A stretch of 63,655 nucleotides of DNA, the filler included, from Asterionella formosa (lineage: Eukaryota): NCBI GenBank assembly GCA_002256025.1. It is 18 parts of 18 records of this genome, joined end to end, with 100 filler letters (N's around TTAATTAATTAA, not from the genome) between each part and the next. Parts side by side here need not be neighbours in the genome. Positions count along the whole stretch, not along the records: positions 24,850 to 28,292 come from NKIB01014147.1; positions 28,393 to 31,832 come from NKIB01014148.1; positions 31,933 to 35,370 come from NKIB01014150.1; positions 35,471 to 38,907 come from NKIB01014151.1; 14 more parts are not named here. One strand, given 5' to 3'. Each line of letters begins with the position of its first letter. The first letter of the stretch is position 1. Positions 25,526 through 38,387 of this stretch are shown here, piece after piece. Under the pieces are notes generated by a model. It was not told the DNA's origin. It saw nothing but the letters and a program-made list of their open reading frames with translations, and ran no database searches. Position numbers and translations under genes: made by a program.

Positions 25526-28292
25526 GGTTCCTGCATTTGAACCCCTAGCTCGAGGTAGGGTTTAAAAACAATTAAGTCAGAGTAGTCAAACATTGACTTC
25601 TTACAAATAAAACGTAAATGTATATCGCTAAACGGAGCTTTCACCAATACACACCCTTTCCATATGCTTAAATACAGTCATTTATCAAAGTAGGGGTATA
25701 GGTCAACGCTATATGTTGTCAGGATATACGATCTGGCGAGAAACTGCAAAAAGGAGCTTCGGTTTTTAAAACTATGCTGAAAATAGTGGATTTTACTGGG
25801 CCAACTCGTTTATTTGGCCTAGTAAAAAAGACCGAAGTTCCTTTCTGCTGTTTCTCGCCGAAAGTTAACTTCTGGGGCTATATGAAGAAGATTACCTATG
25901 TACTTAACTCTTCTTCAAACCCTGCCAACGTTGAGCTATCGTCGTCCAATAATTCGACAATATCGGCCTTTTCAACAGTCACCAAAATGTCAGAATCAGA
26001 ATCACTAATCACTGAAACGTCATCATCGGAATAGGAGTCTTGTGATTCGATTTTTCGTCCTACAATCGCCTGTACAAAAAATTCCATTGTAAGTGCATGC
26101 TTCACTATTAATATTTTGATTGGTCAAGTTCAATTACTTACCGACAATTGATTGGCCTGGTTTGCGCGGTCTTGCAAACCCAAGCTGGCCACACTGGATG
26201 CACATGTAACATTTTCTTGGGTGTTGGCCGGTACAATATCCACTGTAGTAGGTAGCTGATCATCATTGATTATACGCACACCAGTGTGATCAGACACTTT
26301 GCCTGCCGGTACATTGAATGGACAGAGTGCGCTGCTTTTCCTTTGATGATCATTGCGGCCACAATGATTGCAGACATTTGTTCCTTTCTTTCTTGTTTCC
26401 TGATTTTCCCTTCTGGTGTTGAGCGCAGCACCAGAACCGTAAGTCTTACCTGATTTGTTATCTTGCCTTTCCTGTTTGACTGTTTCGAATCGTGCTGCAT
26501 ATATTTTTTCGCTTCATTTCCTCTTTCGTTTGAATTGTGCTTTATATGCTCCATTCTCACTTCGTCGCTTTTCTTTTTGTCTCCAGAAGGATTCTTGCAG
26601 TGCTGACATCTGCATTCCAAATTGCTTGTATAAATTCCTTGTGTATTGTGTTGCACCATGTGTGTGTTGCTCAGCAACCAAAGCCACTCGATATTGAAGG
26701 CCTCCAGATCCCGCAAACACCTTGTTTTTTGGACATCGTCACGACACTGCATTGTTCATTGCCTCATTAATCTGCGTGTCAAAGGGATGATGCAACGATA
26801 GCAGCTTTTCGCCTTCGACTTTCGTTGCAACATGCAGCATTAACCATTTCTATAAATCTTTTCCTTTTCCTTGTCATGATATTTTCTGTCACTAACCATT
26901 TTTCCTGCTTTTACAGGGCACCATGTCTCAGAGCAGTAATCATGGCAGCCAAATAAATGGTTGATCGGTGCCTTGGAGGAAATACTAAATTCTGCCAGAG
27001 AGAGGTTCCGGTTTTGTTTAATCCAAGCGCCATAGTAAACTTTCAACCGGAGACAATCTGCTTTTGAGGGACACTCGAGGGAGACTGGGCCATTGGATTT
27101 CATAAAAGCTGGGCGGAGAAGGACCCGTACTCTGTGGGATGGGTCAGACAGAAATGTACGTTTGGGTACAGTCAGTGGAAGGCATCCTTTGTGCGATTTT
27201 TTTAATCCTTTCAATGTTCTTGGCCATTGGAAGGATGGCTGTAGTTTCAATAACTCCTTATAGGACCACTTAGAAACAGCTCGAATAGTAGAATCATCAT
27301 CACAGATGATTGTAGAGTAGATAACATTGTTTTTCATTACTGCATCAATCATCATTTCTACACCAGCATCTGGTTCCATTGCTTTCGAACTACCAGTTAC
27401 ATGATTCTTGGGACAAACATGTTCCTTGATTGGTTTCTTGTACCACTGTATAGCCCTGTCGCACACATTACAGACCTTAGATTTCACTCTGTAGTCTAGT
27501 ATCTTTTTCGTGTAGCCGCCAATACAAAAAGCATGACCACTTACAGAGTTGTACTTATTCCCGCTGGAACGCTGCCAGCCCATATCGTAACTAACAGTGA
27601 GTCGAGGCATATTCAGTACAGACAAGCGATCCGTACCAGTCAGACTGTTCCACCACTGAAAATCACGTCCTTTGTCAGCCCAGTCTCCTCGTTCATGCAC
27701 ATTGAGTGTCAGATATATTTCCTCCTGACACGACTCTTTCATTGCAAGAGCGATTTCAGTAACTTCAGCGTTTCCTACCCGTTCCTCTACTGCACCAAAG
27801 TTACCTTGCGTAGACCAAAATCCAAAGGTAACTGGAAGATTCATTGCGGAGCAGATGATATCTGCATCTGCAGATCCCATTCCGGCTTCGTGACAACCCA
27901 AAATAAACTGTTTGTTGATAGAAAAGTGTTTTGATTCTATTGCGTTATTTCTTATCTCATCATTTCTGTCTCCATTGCTGTTGCTTCTTGCCGCTTCGAG
28001 TTTAGAAATCAGTTTCTGACAGGTCAAACAAGAGACTTTGAATTTGCTTGCCAAGCCGTAATTTTTGGTAGAGACAACAATCAACGGTTGTTTCATTGTT
28101 GAAATAAGAAAGTCAAACACATCCTGCTCCAGAAATGATTCACATTGCTGTTCAATGGACAGCTGTTGTTGTCTATTTGATGTAAAGTAAGTTACAAAGT
28201 CACGAAGTGATTGTTTGCAATATTCTTTTACAAATTTATTAACACAACTTTTGCAATGCGTATCTTCCTGCAGAAATTTCGACAATGTATTA
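25526..28292 (-). mobile_element. Kolobok/Mutator-like DNA transposon: pseudogenised DDE transposase (28292-25896) plus 3' end
   Basis: VSYDMGWQR..YNSVSGH..IGGYTKKILDY..KVCNVC..HVCPKNH.GSSKAMEPD..IICDDDS..SDPSH. After a frameshift, TQINEAMNN (catalytic Glu) and a CxxC-H-C knuckle. Terminus GGTTCC at 25526 is homologous to TTAA|GGTTTC at 60852. Confidence 0.8.
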
Positions 28293-28392
28293 NNNNNNNN
28301 NNNNNNNNNNNNNNNNNNNNNNNNNNNNNNNNNNNNTTAATTAATTAANNNNNNNNNNNNNNNNNNNNNNNNNNNNNNNNNNNNNNNNNNNN

Positions 28393-29640
28393 ATTTCTAC
28401 TTTCTCAATTGAAGTAGATGATGAACCTTTGTTTACCTGTTCCCTCAATCATCCAATTTTGGCAGACAATATTCAATATCCTCTGGATTATAACTCCATA
28501 CATGATAGACAATTGCTGGCTATACAATTGATTCTCAATCAAACAAACCAAACACATCCGTTAAGATTTCCCTCTATCAATTTTCATCATATACATTTAA
28601 TATATTTTGTGAAGAATCCAGGAGATACTTGACGTATTGTTATTCCTACATCACTATCGAATCCTATTATTTATTGGTATCATCAGATATTAACTCATGT
28701 GGGTATGACAAGATTAAATGCCACAGTTTCTACACATTTTTACTATCCTCCATGAAAAGCAAGAGTGGAACATATTACAAGCATATATGAAACATGTCAA
28801 AACGTACAAAATTACCTGGTGCTTGGTTTTGGTGAACTTCCACCAAGGAATGCATTGTTATTACAATGCTCAGAAGTCACAGTGGATTTCATTGGTCCAC
28901 GGAAGATAACAGTGACTCCACAAGCGATTGAATTTCATGCTCCAACTTGAGTTAACACAGTCACCAATTTACCAGAAATTTCACATATCGATAATAAGAC
29001 ATCAGAATATATTGCGATGAAATTTAAAAATGATTGGTTAGAAAGATATCTCCGTCCAGAAGGTTGTATACATGACAATGGAGGTCAATTTACTGGTATT
29101 CCTTTCATACACATGTAAGTGTTGAATGGAATTAAAATTGGGACCATTACAGTCAAGAATCCACAAACAAATGCTATCCGTGAACGTTTACATCAATCTA
29201 TCAGTAACAATCTATGTACGAGTTATGTTAAAGGCTCATCCTCCAATCAAGGAATTTCAAGTTCAGAATATTGTGGATACCAGTTTGCTGCATCATATGC
29301 AGCTCGAGCTACTATTTGTAGTACATTGTGTATTTTCACCAGGAACATGGGTTTTCCAACATGATTTGATTACAGATATGTAATTGATATTGGGATATCA
29401 AGGTCGATAAGTGATAATTGACAAATGACTACGTCGTGATAATTTCCGTCGTCGTTCTTGCGATTACAAGGTTGTTGATGAGGTTTTAATCCTATTGGAT
29501 AATCCTACTACCTTGGATAACCATGGAGGAGGTCCTTATTCTATTATTCAAGTATATGCCAATGGTACAGTTACTTTTCAACAAACTATGCATACTACGG
29601 AACGAATTAATATTCACTACATCAAACCTTTTCAAAGGTA
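28393..29640 (+). pseudogene. Gypsy/Ty3 integrase remnant
   Basis: WYHQILTHVGMTR, VTVDFIGP, IDNKTSEYIA..F.NDWL.RY.RP..CIHDNGGQF, NPQTNAIRERLHQ and a GPY motif, with stops and frameshifts. Confidence 0.88.
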
Positions 29641-29666
29641 AAAGGTTTTCCCTTGGTGTGGGAGAG

Positions 29667-29863
29667 TGAGCGATCTTGCACATCAATACAGATGTATATA
29701 GGGTTAGTGTTATATGATATATGTATCAGAACTCAATAATGAGAGAACTCGACTAACCCTCATTGTATACTTTGGTGTCGACTTAGAGAATGAGTTACAC
29801 ACAAGGATTAACAAATAAACTCATATATTCAACAAATACTACTACTTCTAGTTAGATACTTCA
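29667..29863 (+). mobile_element. Putative 3' LTR of the Gypsy element
   Basis: Follows a purine tract (GGGAGAG, 29660-29666), has TG...CA ends and an internal AATAAA. Confidence 0.45.
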
Positions 29864-30299
29864 CCTGGTAGTCTGACGAAAGGGGCCGATAAGAAGCGAG
29901 ATACAAAACCATTGTTATACTGGACACGACTGAGCGCGGTCTGAGCCGCATGTTCCAGATACTATACATACGACAAAGTAAACACAGGAGCACAGGAGTA
30001 TACGAAGAAACGGAATCCAGAATCAGATATGATGTAGTGCTTGATGTCGAAATTGAGCATCACATCATTACGTAGCAAATATCAACATACCGGTATGTGG
30101 CGGCGGGTATTGTGATCCACGTCTCACCAGCATTCTGGTACCAGGTACCAGGTAGTTGGTACATTATGTATCATGTTGTACTGTGGCTTGTGGGATTAAA
30201 AATGGAACAGCAATACCGGTACCTGCATTTGGACTTGTAACTGTAAAAGATTATGCACTATTCCTCTAGTGTTTCCATGGATAAATGCTTTTCTTGCTT

Positions 30300-30870
30300 G
30301 CGAAGGATCAACACCAATGCCACCAATGTCTGTCATCTTAACTGGGGATGGAAGCGTATGTGATGCTGATGCATTGTTACTATCATTTGCTTACCACCAG
30401 TTTGTCTACTTCATAATACATTGCCAGAACTGAGGAAACTGTATGAGTCTTGACCCACTTTACAGTACTAGCCCTGACTTTGTTCTCCAAGTATACCATC
30501 AAGAATCTGATGTGACACAGAATTTTGCAACCCTTCCTAGTAACCCAACAACCCTCCTCTGCCATTATGAAATGTAAATGGTAAACATCTCTACCTTGCA
30601 AAATCTTGAGGGGAGGAACATCATTCTTCACATTTACCAACCGCCTTTGCATCCACAAGTCCAAGGAACCAAGGCTCATATGGTAACCTCCTCCATGTCT
30701 GTGGTAAAACATGGAATTGGCCACAATACATACTATGTAGTGTAAACCGCTTTGGTGGTGCAATCATAGTATTGCCATCTCCACCAGTATTTCCAGGTCC
30801 TCCATGCATCACTGCAAGCTCTGCTCCTGAATGTAATGAATTTTTCGCTGGTGCTGCAACAGCTGCTGCC
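30300..30870 (-). pseudogene. Degenerate C-terminal fragment resembling stramenopile Crypton-like transposon proteins
   Basis: GQFHVLPQTW..P..LWM..VPPLKILQGRDVYHL..KILCHIRFLMVYLE, frameshifted. Recognised from motif memory only. Confidence 0.4.
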
Positions 30871-33800
30871 CTAAGGTCACTGGTCCCTTGACAAATTACA
30901 TCTCTACAATGCCAATTAATTTTCCATTATCATGATGGAGGGAAAAGAAACTATTTATTTAGCCATATCTACTTATGTACAGCAACTTTTACAATGCTAT
31001 TGCCCTGGGATCCAAAACCTATCCATTAAATTACTATGACAAGTGCTCCAGCCATGTGAAACGGAAATTCGTGACAAAACGTGTTATTCTTCCGGTTGGT
31101 ACGTATAAGGGTCAAACCAGTACAAGGTTGTCTGTTGAAGCTACACAAACATATGATTCCAACCACGACGCGATGCTGGGTTCCTCAGCAGGAAGAATCT
31201 TTGGTGCCGCTCCATCCATGACCATGCTGGAGGAGCTAAGATACCTCGACACAAGTACCGGTACCTGGTAACATGTACACAGACAAAGTACCTGGTCTCC
31301 GCAGTTCGCCGTACCTTGTTGTAGTAAGGCGCTGTGCAATTCACAAACTGTATACAGTGAAAGGTACTCCCTGGTACCTGGTAACGACATCGTACTCTGT
31401 ATGGCCAAACCTGTACCTGGTACTGGTACCAGGTATCAGGTACCCTGGTACATGGCACTCAGCGTGATACTATAGTCACCGCTACTAGGTCGGAGCCTTG
31501 TACCTGGTACAATATTGCATGTCATATACCCGTACCGCTGCGGATGACATGTGATCATTGGTGTGAAATCCACCATTTTTATAGCCTACCGATAGTAGCC
31601 GTACTCACTTATTACTGTCGTTGTGTTTGCTTCCGCATTCATCGCTGTAGTGAACCTTTTGGCTGAAGCTTTGTCGATAAGACGAACGTGTTAACCTGGA
31701 CTATCGGACTTGCCATTGTATTTTCATCAAGCTCCTATCACCATCATGCTCAAGGCAAGCGTGGCAACAACTCTGTACCTGATCCTCCTCGGGCAGATTT
31801 TGTATCTTGCCTCCAAGGAGGCTTACGAGATCNNNNNNNNNNNNNNNNNNNNNNNNNNNNNNNNNNNNNNNNNNNNTTAATTAATTAANNNNNNNNNNNN
31901 NNNNNNNNNNNNNNNNNNNNNNNNNNNNNNNNTTTTGGCATGTGACCATCTTGCAAATAGCGGCAATACCAGCAGTATGCCAGTTCAACAAAGTTCCGCG
32001 GACATATGCTGGAGGGATAATGCCTACATTATGTTGTTCAGTCATCTGGTACCTGGTACGGTATTTGCCTTAGTGCAATATGGCTGGATTCATCTTGTCG
32101 TCTCAGCCTTCACCACGACGAAAAATCGAATAATAGATCTCCACAAAAATGTAGAACGAGATGTTCATATATTTGGTACCAGTGCAAATGTATTAATCAA
32201 GCACGACTTGAAAACAATCGTAAAAGAATTATTGTAACAAACATTATTGACCACGAAAATTGAATTCGACAATAGAGATGGACAATTCAAAATGATAATG
32301 CTTCGAAAAGATTTGACATTTTCACAGTAGCTGCACAGCAAATATGACGTCTCAAAAAATACATTATTCATTGAAGCAAAAGATGTGAAACAAGTTATTT
32401 ATCAACTGAGAATTGATTGATGGTAATGCCATTTGTGTAGTCATCATGGATGCAGGTAGTATTGATGCTGACAAATGTGAAGCCTGCCAAAACTAGTATT
32501 GATGCTGACAAATGTGAAGCGTGTCAAAACTATTGCCTTAGTGTGCACGAGCCCCTTACAAGAGTTGTTTCTGCTCGTCAGCCTTTGAAGGGGCTGAGCA
32601 CAATGACCAAATGAAAAAAGTAACAACATCTGAGCACCCTTGTGATCGGCATTTTGGTGGCAATATTACTAAGTGCAATAATCAATATTTTGGAGTATGG
32701 TTAATTGATATCATACCAGGCTTACAAAAGGATAGTACCCAGGGTTTCCGGAGTTTACATCCAGCCATAAGTATTTACTTATTTGTGTCAAGGTGATGAT
32801 ACCAACATTCAACCGGCAAACTACATGAACTTCACAGAAAAGGTTGGGAGAGCAGTCAATTCCTCATGTGGAGCCTAAAGTTTGTCAACTCCACCAAAAA
32901 CAACAAATGAATGTCTTGAATGCTCCCCAGGACAAAGTTCAGCAGGTGCTGACAATTACAAGTACATGCAGCATGTAACCTCCATCTCTTGCAGGTTCTA
33001 ATGTGAACGCTAATCCAACAAGCCAATGTTAGTACTGGTGGTCCAGTGATCATGGTTTCCGTGTTCGTCTATTTGATTTCCATACAAGTACATGCATGTA
33101 CCCTCTGTTTTCTGTCGATGCCAATGTGACGCTAATCCTACAAGAAGACTGGCAATAGTTTCTGTGCTCTTAGTGCGAATTGTAAACATTTTCGAAATCA
33201 TCGGATTTGGAAGTGGACACAAATGAGCTTTCATCGACTTCAATGAGTCGTTTCAAAAATTTCCTCGATTTTAGAACGGCATCTTCAAGTTTAAACTCGA
33301 ATAGATTCTCATATTTGTCAAAATGATTGTTGTTGTCAGGTTCCATTCAGCCCTTTCTCAGAATTGATAGGAGGATAACGATATGGTTGGGCGGAAATAG
33401 AAAGAATGCAACAAAACGAAATTCCATTATTATACATGGGAGGGTAGCAGGCAGCATATAGTATTTATTGCAGTATACAGGTATATCATGCATGATTATT
33501 GTATCGTACTGGTATCTCAAGTATAATGCTAAAAAAGGTTGTGTGCACTAGCAAATAGTAGCCAGCTAGTAGTCGCAAATTGACAGTAGCTACTTTTTGA
33601 TGCATAATATTGCAAACATTGTTTGTGAATAATTCATTCATTTTTCATCATGGCACTATCAACTCAATGCGGGTAAGGTAATACTTGGTGTCAAGTACAA
33701 TCAAGCTAGATCCACATGAAAGAGCAGATGATGGCTAGCTATTATTCAATTATAATAAATTTTAAACTAATTACATATATATATACTAGCCAGAGCAATA

Positions 33801-34907
33801 TTGCTACAAATTGGCACTACCAATTTGGTGGTAGTACCAATTGGGTTCCTAATTGGTATCATTTAAGTAACCAATTTGGAAGTAGAATTGGGTACTTTTA
33901 TTGACTCTGATGTGCGTCATAGCATACATCATCATAAACTTTATGTACAAATGTGCACCCCAGAGTTTGAAAGGCTTACTACCAATACTGTTCCAGATTG
34001 GTATCAAAACTACCAATTTGGGAACATTTGCCTTAATTTAAATGCTGAATTGGTGTCAGAAATTTGAAGGCCCAGCAACCAAGCTTCTGTAAAGTTTGCA
34101 AATTGGGCGCTTCTTCTTGGCTCCTAGTATATGGTCAGCATGCAACACCTGGCCACAGAAGACAAAAGGGCAGATGGATGTGGAGCATTGTAATCTTGAA
34201 GCAATTATTATGCATGATATGCTGTCGAATTCTGGAAAGTCAATACCTAAGCCTGGAATATCGCAAGGTCAAGGTGATTGTGGAACTTTGTTATTCACTT
34301 GGACTGACATTACCATTGAGGATAGGGACATCATTCCCAAGTAAAGATACATAGTCCTAGAATTGGGGGAGGTCGAGTCAATGATTGTGAGACTTCCTTG
34401 ATGGTAGGAAGGCCAGGTAAATAACACGGCCAGCCTGACGTCTTGTCGGTTGTTGGATTGTTGAGTTCTGATAGACAGACGAGGCATAATGGTTGCGCTG
34501 GCATTGCAGTACCGGTACCACGTTTAGTTAGGAACGTTTAAAGGATATGTTTACCGAGTACTTTTTTCTTGGTACCCATGGAGAGACATTGGCCGTATGT
34601 ACATAGGGACATTATATTTGGTTAGAATGTCAAATTCCGTAATTAGGAGACACAATGCTGGCATTGAGGTGGTCACATGACTTCAACCATGTCGATCTGC
34701 ATTGTCGACATCAGCTTTTTGAAAAGAATTGTTATAGTGAGTCATGTAGAATCGCGTCTAAGTCATTCCTCAAGAACACACAAACACATCAAATCATCCT
34801 GGAATTTATTCGCAAACAATATATAACATGGTTGTTTACTAAAAAATAGTTTCAGGCAACTAAAAAGACAAATTTTTGATTGAGCTGAAGTTCGAATCAC
34901 AGCAAGC

Positions 34908-35370
34908 ATGTTGCGTCCTTACTCTTCTGCGGCTGTGAGCCCATCATCGCGTCCCGGCCAGAAAGGAACGTGCCAACGTAGAGCACTAGTTATCTTGGGT
35001 ATGCCACTAATGGTGATTCTTGGCATTGTCAGTCCAATGGATCTTTTTGGCAGCGGTGGACTCCGTAAGCTTGCCGTGAAGTGCGTTCATAACGTGTACG
35101 CCTTGGATAAGCAGATGGCTTTGGATATGCCAAACCCACCTGCTATTGATGCACTCCTCGAAATCCCTTCCTACATTTCTATATGCAAAGACTGGGTTCA
35201 GCGCGCAAGCGGCGAGCAAAACCCCGTCTTCACGGTTGAGGATGACAGTGTGTGCATGGACTGGACGTCTCCTCACGAGCGTCTTTTGGAGATCATTTCT
35301 TCCTCCATTCTAGACCGCGTGAATGGAAAGTCTCGCTACCGTCATGATTGTTATCGTACCCGCCAGTTTG
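34908..35370 (+). CDS. Hypothetical protein with an N-terminal transmembrane segment, 3'-truncated
   Basis: GC-richer ORF with RRALVILGMPLMVILGIV, open to the contig end. Confidence 0.6.
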
Positions 35371-35987
35371 NNNNNNNNNNNNNNNNNNNNNNNNNNNNNN
35401 NNNNNNNNNNNNNNTTAATTAATTAANNNNNNNNNNNNNNNNNNNNNNNNNNNNNNNNNNNNNNNNNNNNAATTGTATTGATCATAGAAACTGTTTGAAC
35501 CTACAACTAAATATCTTTTAATATTGCTATTTACGTTTTAGACTACGGAGAAAACGGTGGTGAAGTTGGTTTGCTCGCAGTGTTGGATTATCAAAAAGGG
35601 TCCGATGTCTTTTACTCCCCTCTAAGTAAAATCAGTCGTGGCTGTGTACATTGAGGGGTACGAGACACCATGTTTTACGGTATGAGGATGGACAAAATAT
35701 CCGGGATTAACGCATGAGGAATGAATTGCATCTTTTACGTAGAATTCTTCTACAAATTGAACAGAAGAACTATTTTGGCAGAAGAACTCGAGAATTACTT
35801 TTCAATCACGACGACAAGAAAAGGAGTTTTAATACAAAACAATTTTCTCTCGAGCAAGAACGAAACAAGAAGTTGATCGAATAAACAATAAGTTGATCGA
35901 ATAAACAATAGACACTTTCCATTACATTCAAGACGTCGCTCGAATAAACAATAGACGACTTCCATAACATTCAAGACGACGTTGACA

Positions 35988-38330
35988 ATGGCATCGTCGT
36001 TATTTGAAGAAACTGTCACACGATTGAAAAAAAATGATCGAAAGTTGACTGAACTTGATCTCGGTCGTAGTTCAATCGATGTTCATGGCGCAAAAGCCAT
36101 TGCAAAGGCCCTCAAGATCAATAAAGTTTTGACTAAACTTCAGCTCTATGGTAATTCAGTTGGTGATGCTGGCGCAGAGCACATTGCAGATGCCCTCAAG
36201 ATCAATACTGTCTTGACTACACTTTGTCTTGGAGTTAATAAAATTGGTGAAAAGGGTGCCGAGACCATTGCAGAGGCCCTCAAAGTCAATAAAGTCTTGA
36301 CTACACTTGATCTCCATGAAAATTCAATTCGTGTTGAAGGCGCAAATTTCATGAGAGATGCCCTCAAGGACAATGAAGTCTTGACTACACTTGAACTTGG
36401 AAATAATGCAATTGGTACTGAAGGTGCCAAAACCATTGCAGATGCCCTCAAGTTCAATTCTGTCTTGACTACACTTGATCTTAGAAGTAATGAAATTTTT
36501 CATGAGGGTGCCAAGGCCATTGCAGAGGCACTCAAGGTCAATAAAGTCTTGACTACACTTAATCTTAGAAATAATAAAATTGCTGATAAGGGTGCCAACA
36601 TCATTGCAGATGCCCTCAAGGTCAATAAAGTCTTGACTACACTTGATCTTGGAGATAATGAAATTGGTGATGAGGGTGCCAAGACCATTGCAGAGGCCCT
36701 CAAAGTCAATGAAGTCTTGACTACACTTAATCTTACAAATAATACAATTGCTGATAAGGGTGCCAAGACCATTGCAGAGGCCCTCATGGTCAATAAAGTT
36801 TTGACTACACTTAATCTTGGAGGATATAATGAAATTGGTGATGAGGGTGCCAAGACCATTGCAGAGGCCCTCAAAGTCAATGAAGTCTTGACTAAACTTG
36901 ATCTCAATGATGGAGCAATCGATTATGTTTTAGTCAAAGATATTCAACAAATGGTTGGGAGCCGCAAACCACCAGTAGCTGTCACAACTCTACCACCATT
37001 ATCTGATGGGAAAACAGGAACAGAATCGGAAAAATCTAGCAAACAGCATCGATTCATTCAGTTTTGTGAAAAAGTGTTACAAGTTTTGATTGGGCAAGGC
37101 AGAGAGTCTACTGCTAAGAAGACTCCAACGTCTCAGCTGACTGCCACTTCACCCCCTCCCCCCCCGCCCCACCAGAACACTAAGGAATACTTGAAAAAGA
37201 AAGACAGGTATACTGCTAAGATGACTCCAACGTCTCAGCTGACTGCCTCTTCAAATTTGTCTCCGATTCCTGCAATTCTTTCAGTGATGAAAAAGGATGA
37301 GCATAATTGTTACAGGCAAGAAGAAGGTCTCTTCCGGCTTGCGAACTTGGCTGTGAATGAAGAAAACATGAAAAAGATTACTGAAGAAGGAGGTATCATT
37401 ACAATTCTGTCTGCTATGACGAAATTTTCAGATAATGAAAAAGTCCAAGAATATGGTTGTGAAGCACTTTGTAACTTAGCTGTGGATGACATCAACAGGA
37501 AGAAGATTGCTGATGACAAAGGTATCCCTAAAATTCTGCAAGCAATGGATAAGCATTGCTACAGTGCTAAGGTACAACACTATGGTTGTGCAGCACTTTG
37601 TAACTTAGCTGTGAATAATGACAACAACAGGGTGATGATTGCTGATGCAGAAGGTATCTATATAATTCTGTCTGCAATGAGTATTCATTCCTCCAATGCT
37701 GATGTGCAACAATATGGTTGTGGAGCACTTTGGAACTTGGCTTTAAAAAATGAAAATAACAAAAACACGATTGTTGCTGAGGGAGGTATCACTACAATTC
37801 TGTCTGCAATGAAGACTAATTCCTCCAATGAAAAAGTCCAAGAAAATGGTTGTGGAGCACTTTTGAACTTGGCTTTAAAAAATGACAACTACAAGAAAAC
37901 GATTGTTGCTGAGGGAGGTATCACTACAATTCTATCAGCAATGAATAATCATTCCTCCAATGGAAAAGTCCAAGGAAATGGTTGTGGAGCACTTTGGAAC
38001 TTTGCTTTGAATGACAACTACAAGAAATCGATTGTTGCCGAGAAAGGTATCACTACAATTCTATCAGCAATGAAGAATCATTCCTCAAATGAAAAAGTGC
38101 AAGAAAATGGTTGTGGAGCACTTTGGAACTTTGCTTTGAATGGCAACTACAAGAAAACAATTGTTACTGAGGAAGGTATCAAAACAATTCGGTCTGCAAT
38201 GAAGACTAATTCCTCCAATGAAAAAGTCCAAGAATATGGTCATGCAGCACTTAAGAGCTTGGATTTGAATGAAACCAACAAGGTTTTTGCTGAAGCAGGA
38301 GGTGCAGATGCAATTCTTTCAGGAGTATAG
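35988..38330 (+). CDS. Intronless LRR (11 x 28-aa RI-like repeats) plus armadillo-repeat (8 x 42-43 aa) protein
   Basis: LTTLxLxxNxIGxEGAKxIAxALKVN units, a Pro-rich linker, then GITTILSAMKxHSSNEKVQExGCGALxNLA units. Confidence 0.92.
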   Translation: MASSLFEETVTRLKKNDRKLTELDLGRSSIDVHGAKAIAKALKINKVLTKLQLYGNSVGDAGAEHIADALKINTVLTTLCLGVNKIGEKGAETIAEALKVNKVLTTLDLHENSIRVEGANFMRDALKDNEVLTTLELGNNAIGTEGAKTIADALKFNSVLTTLDLRSNEIFHEGAKAIAEALKVNKVLTTLNLRNNKIADKGANIIADALKVNKVLTTLDLGDNEIGDEGAKTIAEALKVNEVLTTLNLTNNTIADKGAKTIAEALMVNKVLTTLNLGGYNEIGDEGAKTIAEALKVNEVLTKLDLNDGAIDYVLVKDIQQMVGSRKPPVAVTTLPPLSDGKTGTESEKSSKQHRFIQFCEKVLQVLIGQGRESTAKKTPTSQLTATSPPPPPPHQNTKEYLKKKDRYTAKMTPTSQLTASSNLSPIPAILSVMKKDEHNCYRQEEGLFRLANLAVNEENMKKITEEGGIITILSAMTKFSDNEKVQEYGCEALCNLAVDDINRKKIADDKGIPKILQAMDKHCYSAKVQHYGCAALCNLAVNNDNNRVMIADAEGIYIILSAMSIHSSNADVQQYGCGALWNLALKNENNKNTIVAEGGITTILSAMKTNSSNEKVQENGCGALLNLALKNDNYKKTIVAEGGITTILSAMNNHSSNGKVQGNGCGALWNFALNDNYKKSIVAEKGITTILSAMKNHSSNEKVQENGCGALWNFALNGNYKKTIVTEEGIKTIRSAMKTNSSNEKVQEYGHAALKSLDLNETNKVFAEAGGADAILSGV

Positions 38331-38367
38331 TGGAGCAATTTGGAACTTGGCTTTGAATAATCAGTAC

Positions 38368-38387
38368 AGGGTTAGGGTTAGGGTAGG
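38368..38387 (+). repeat. Short interstitial telomere-like tract AGGG(TTAGGG)2TAGG
   Basis: Read directly from the sequence. Confidence 0.6.

Noticed and set aside
25735..25859. Hairpin as a SECIS element recoding the TGA in the transposase
   Set aside because: No clear AUGA/GA quartet, and the ORF also has frameshifts, so it is a pseudogene.
31688..31832. Signal-peptide ORF start as the missing 5' end of the peroxidase at 39010
   Set aside because: No overlap or linkage; different contigs.
32157..33300. Possible decayed coding sequence (also about 19900-20500, 40540-40818 and 57200-58030)
   Set aside because: No motif I could recognise with confidence.
36146..37888. Repetitive antisense ORFs over the LRR-ARM gene, and similar shadow ORFs over other genes
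   Set aside because: By-products of the sense-strand repeats and codon structure.
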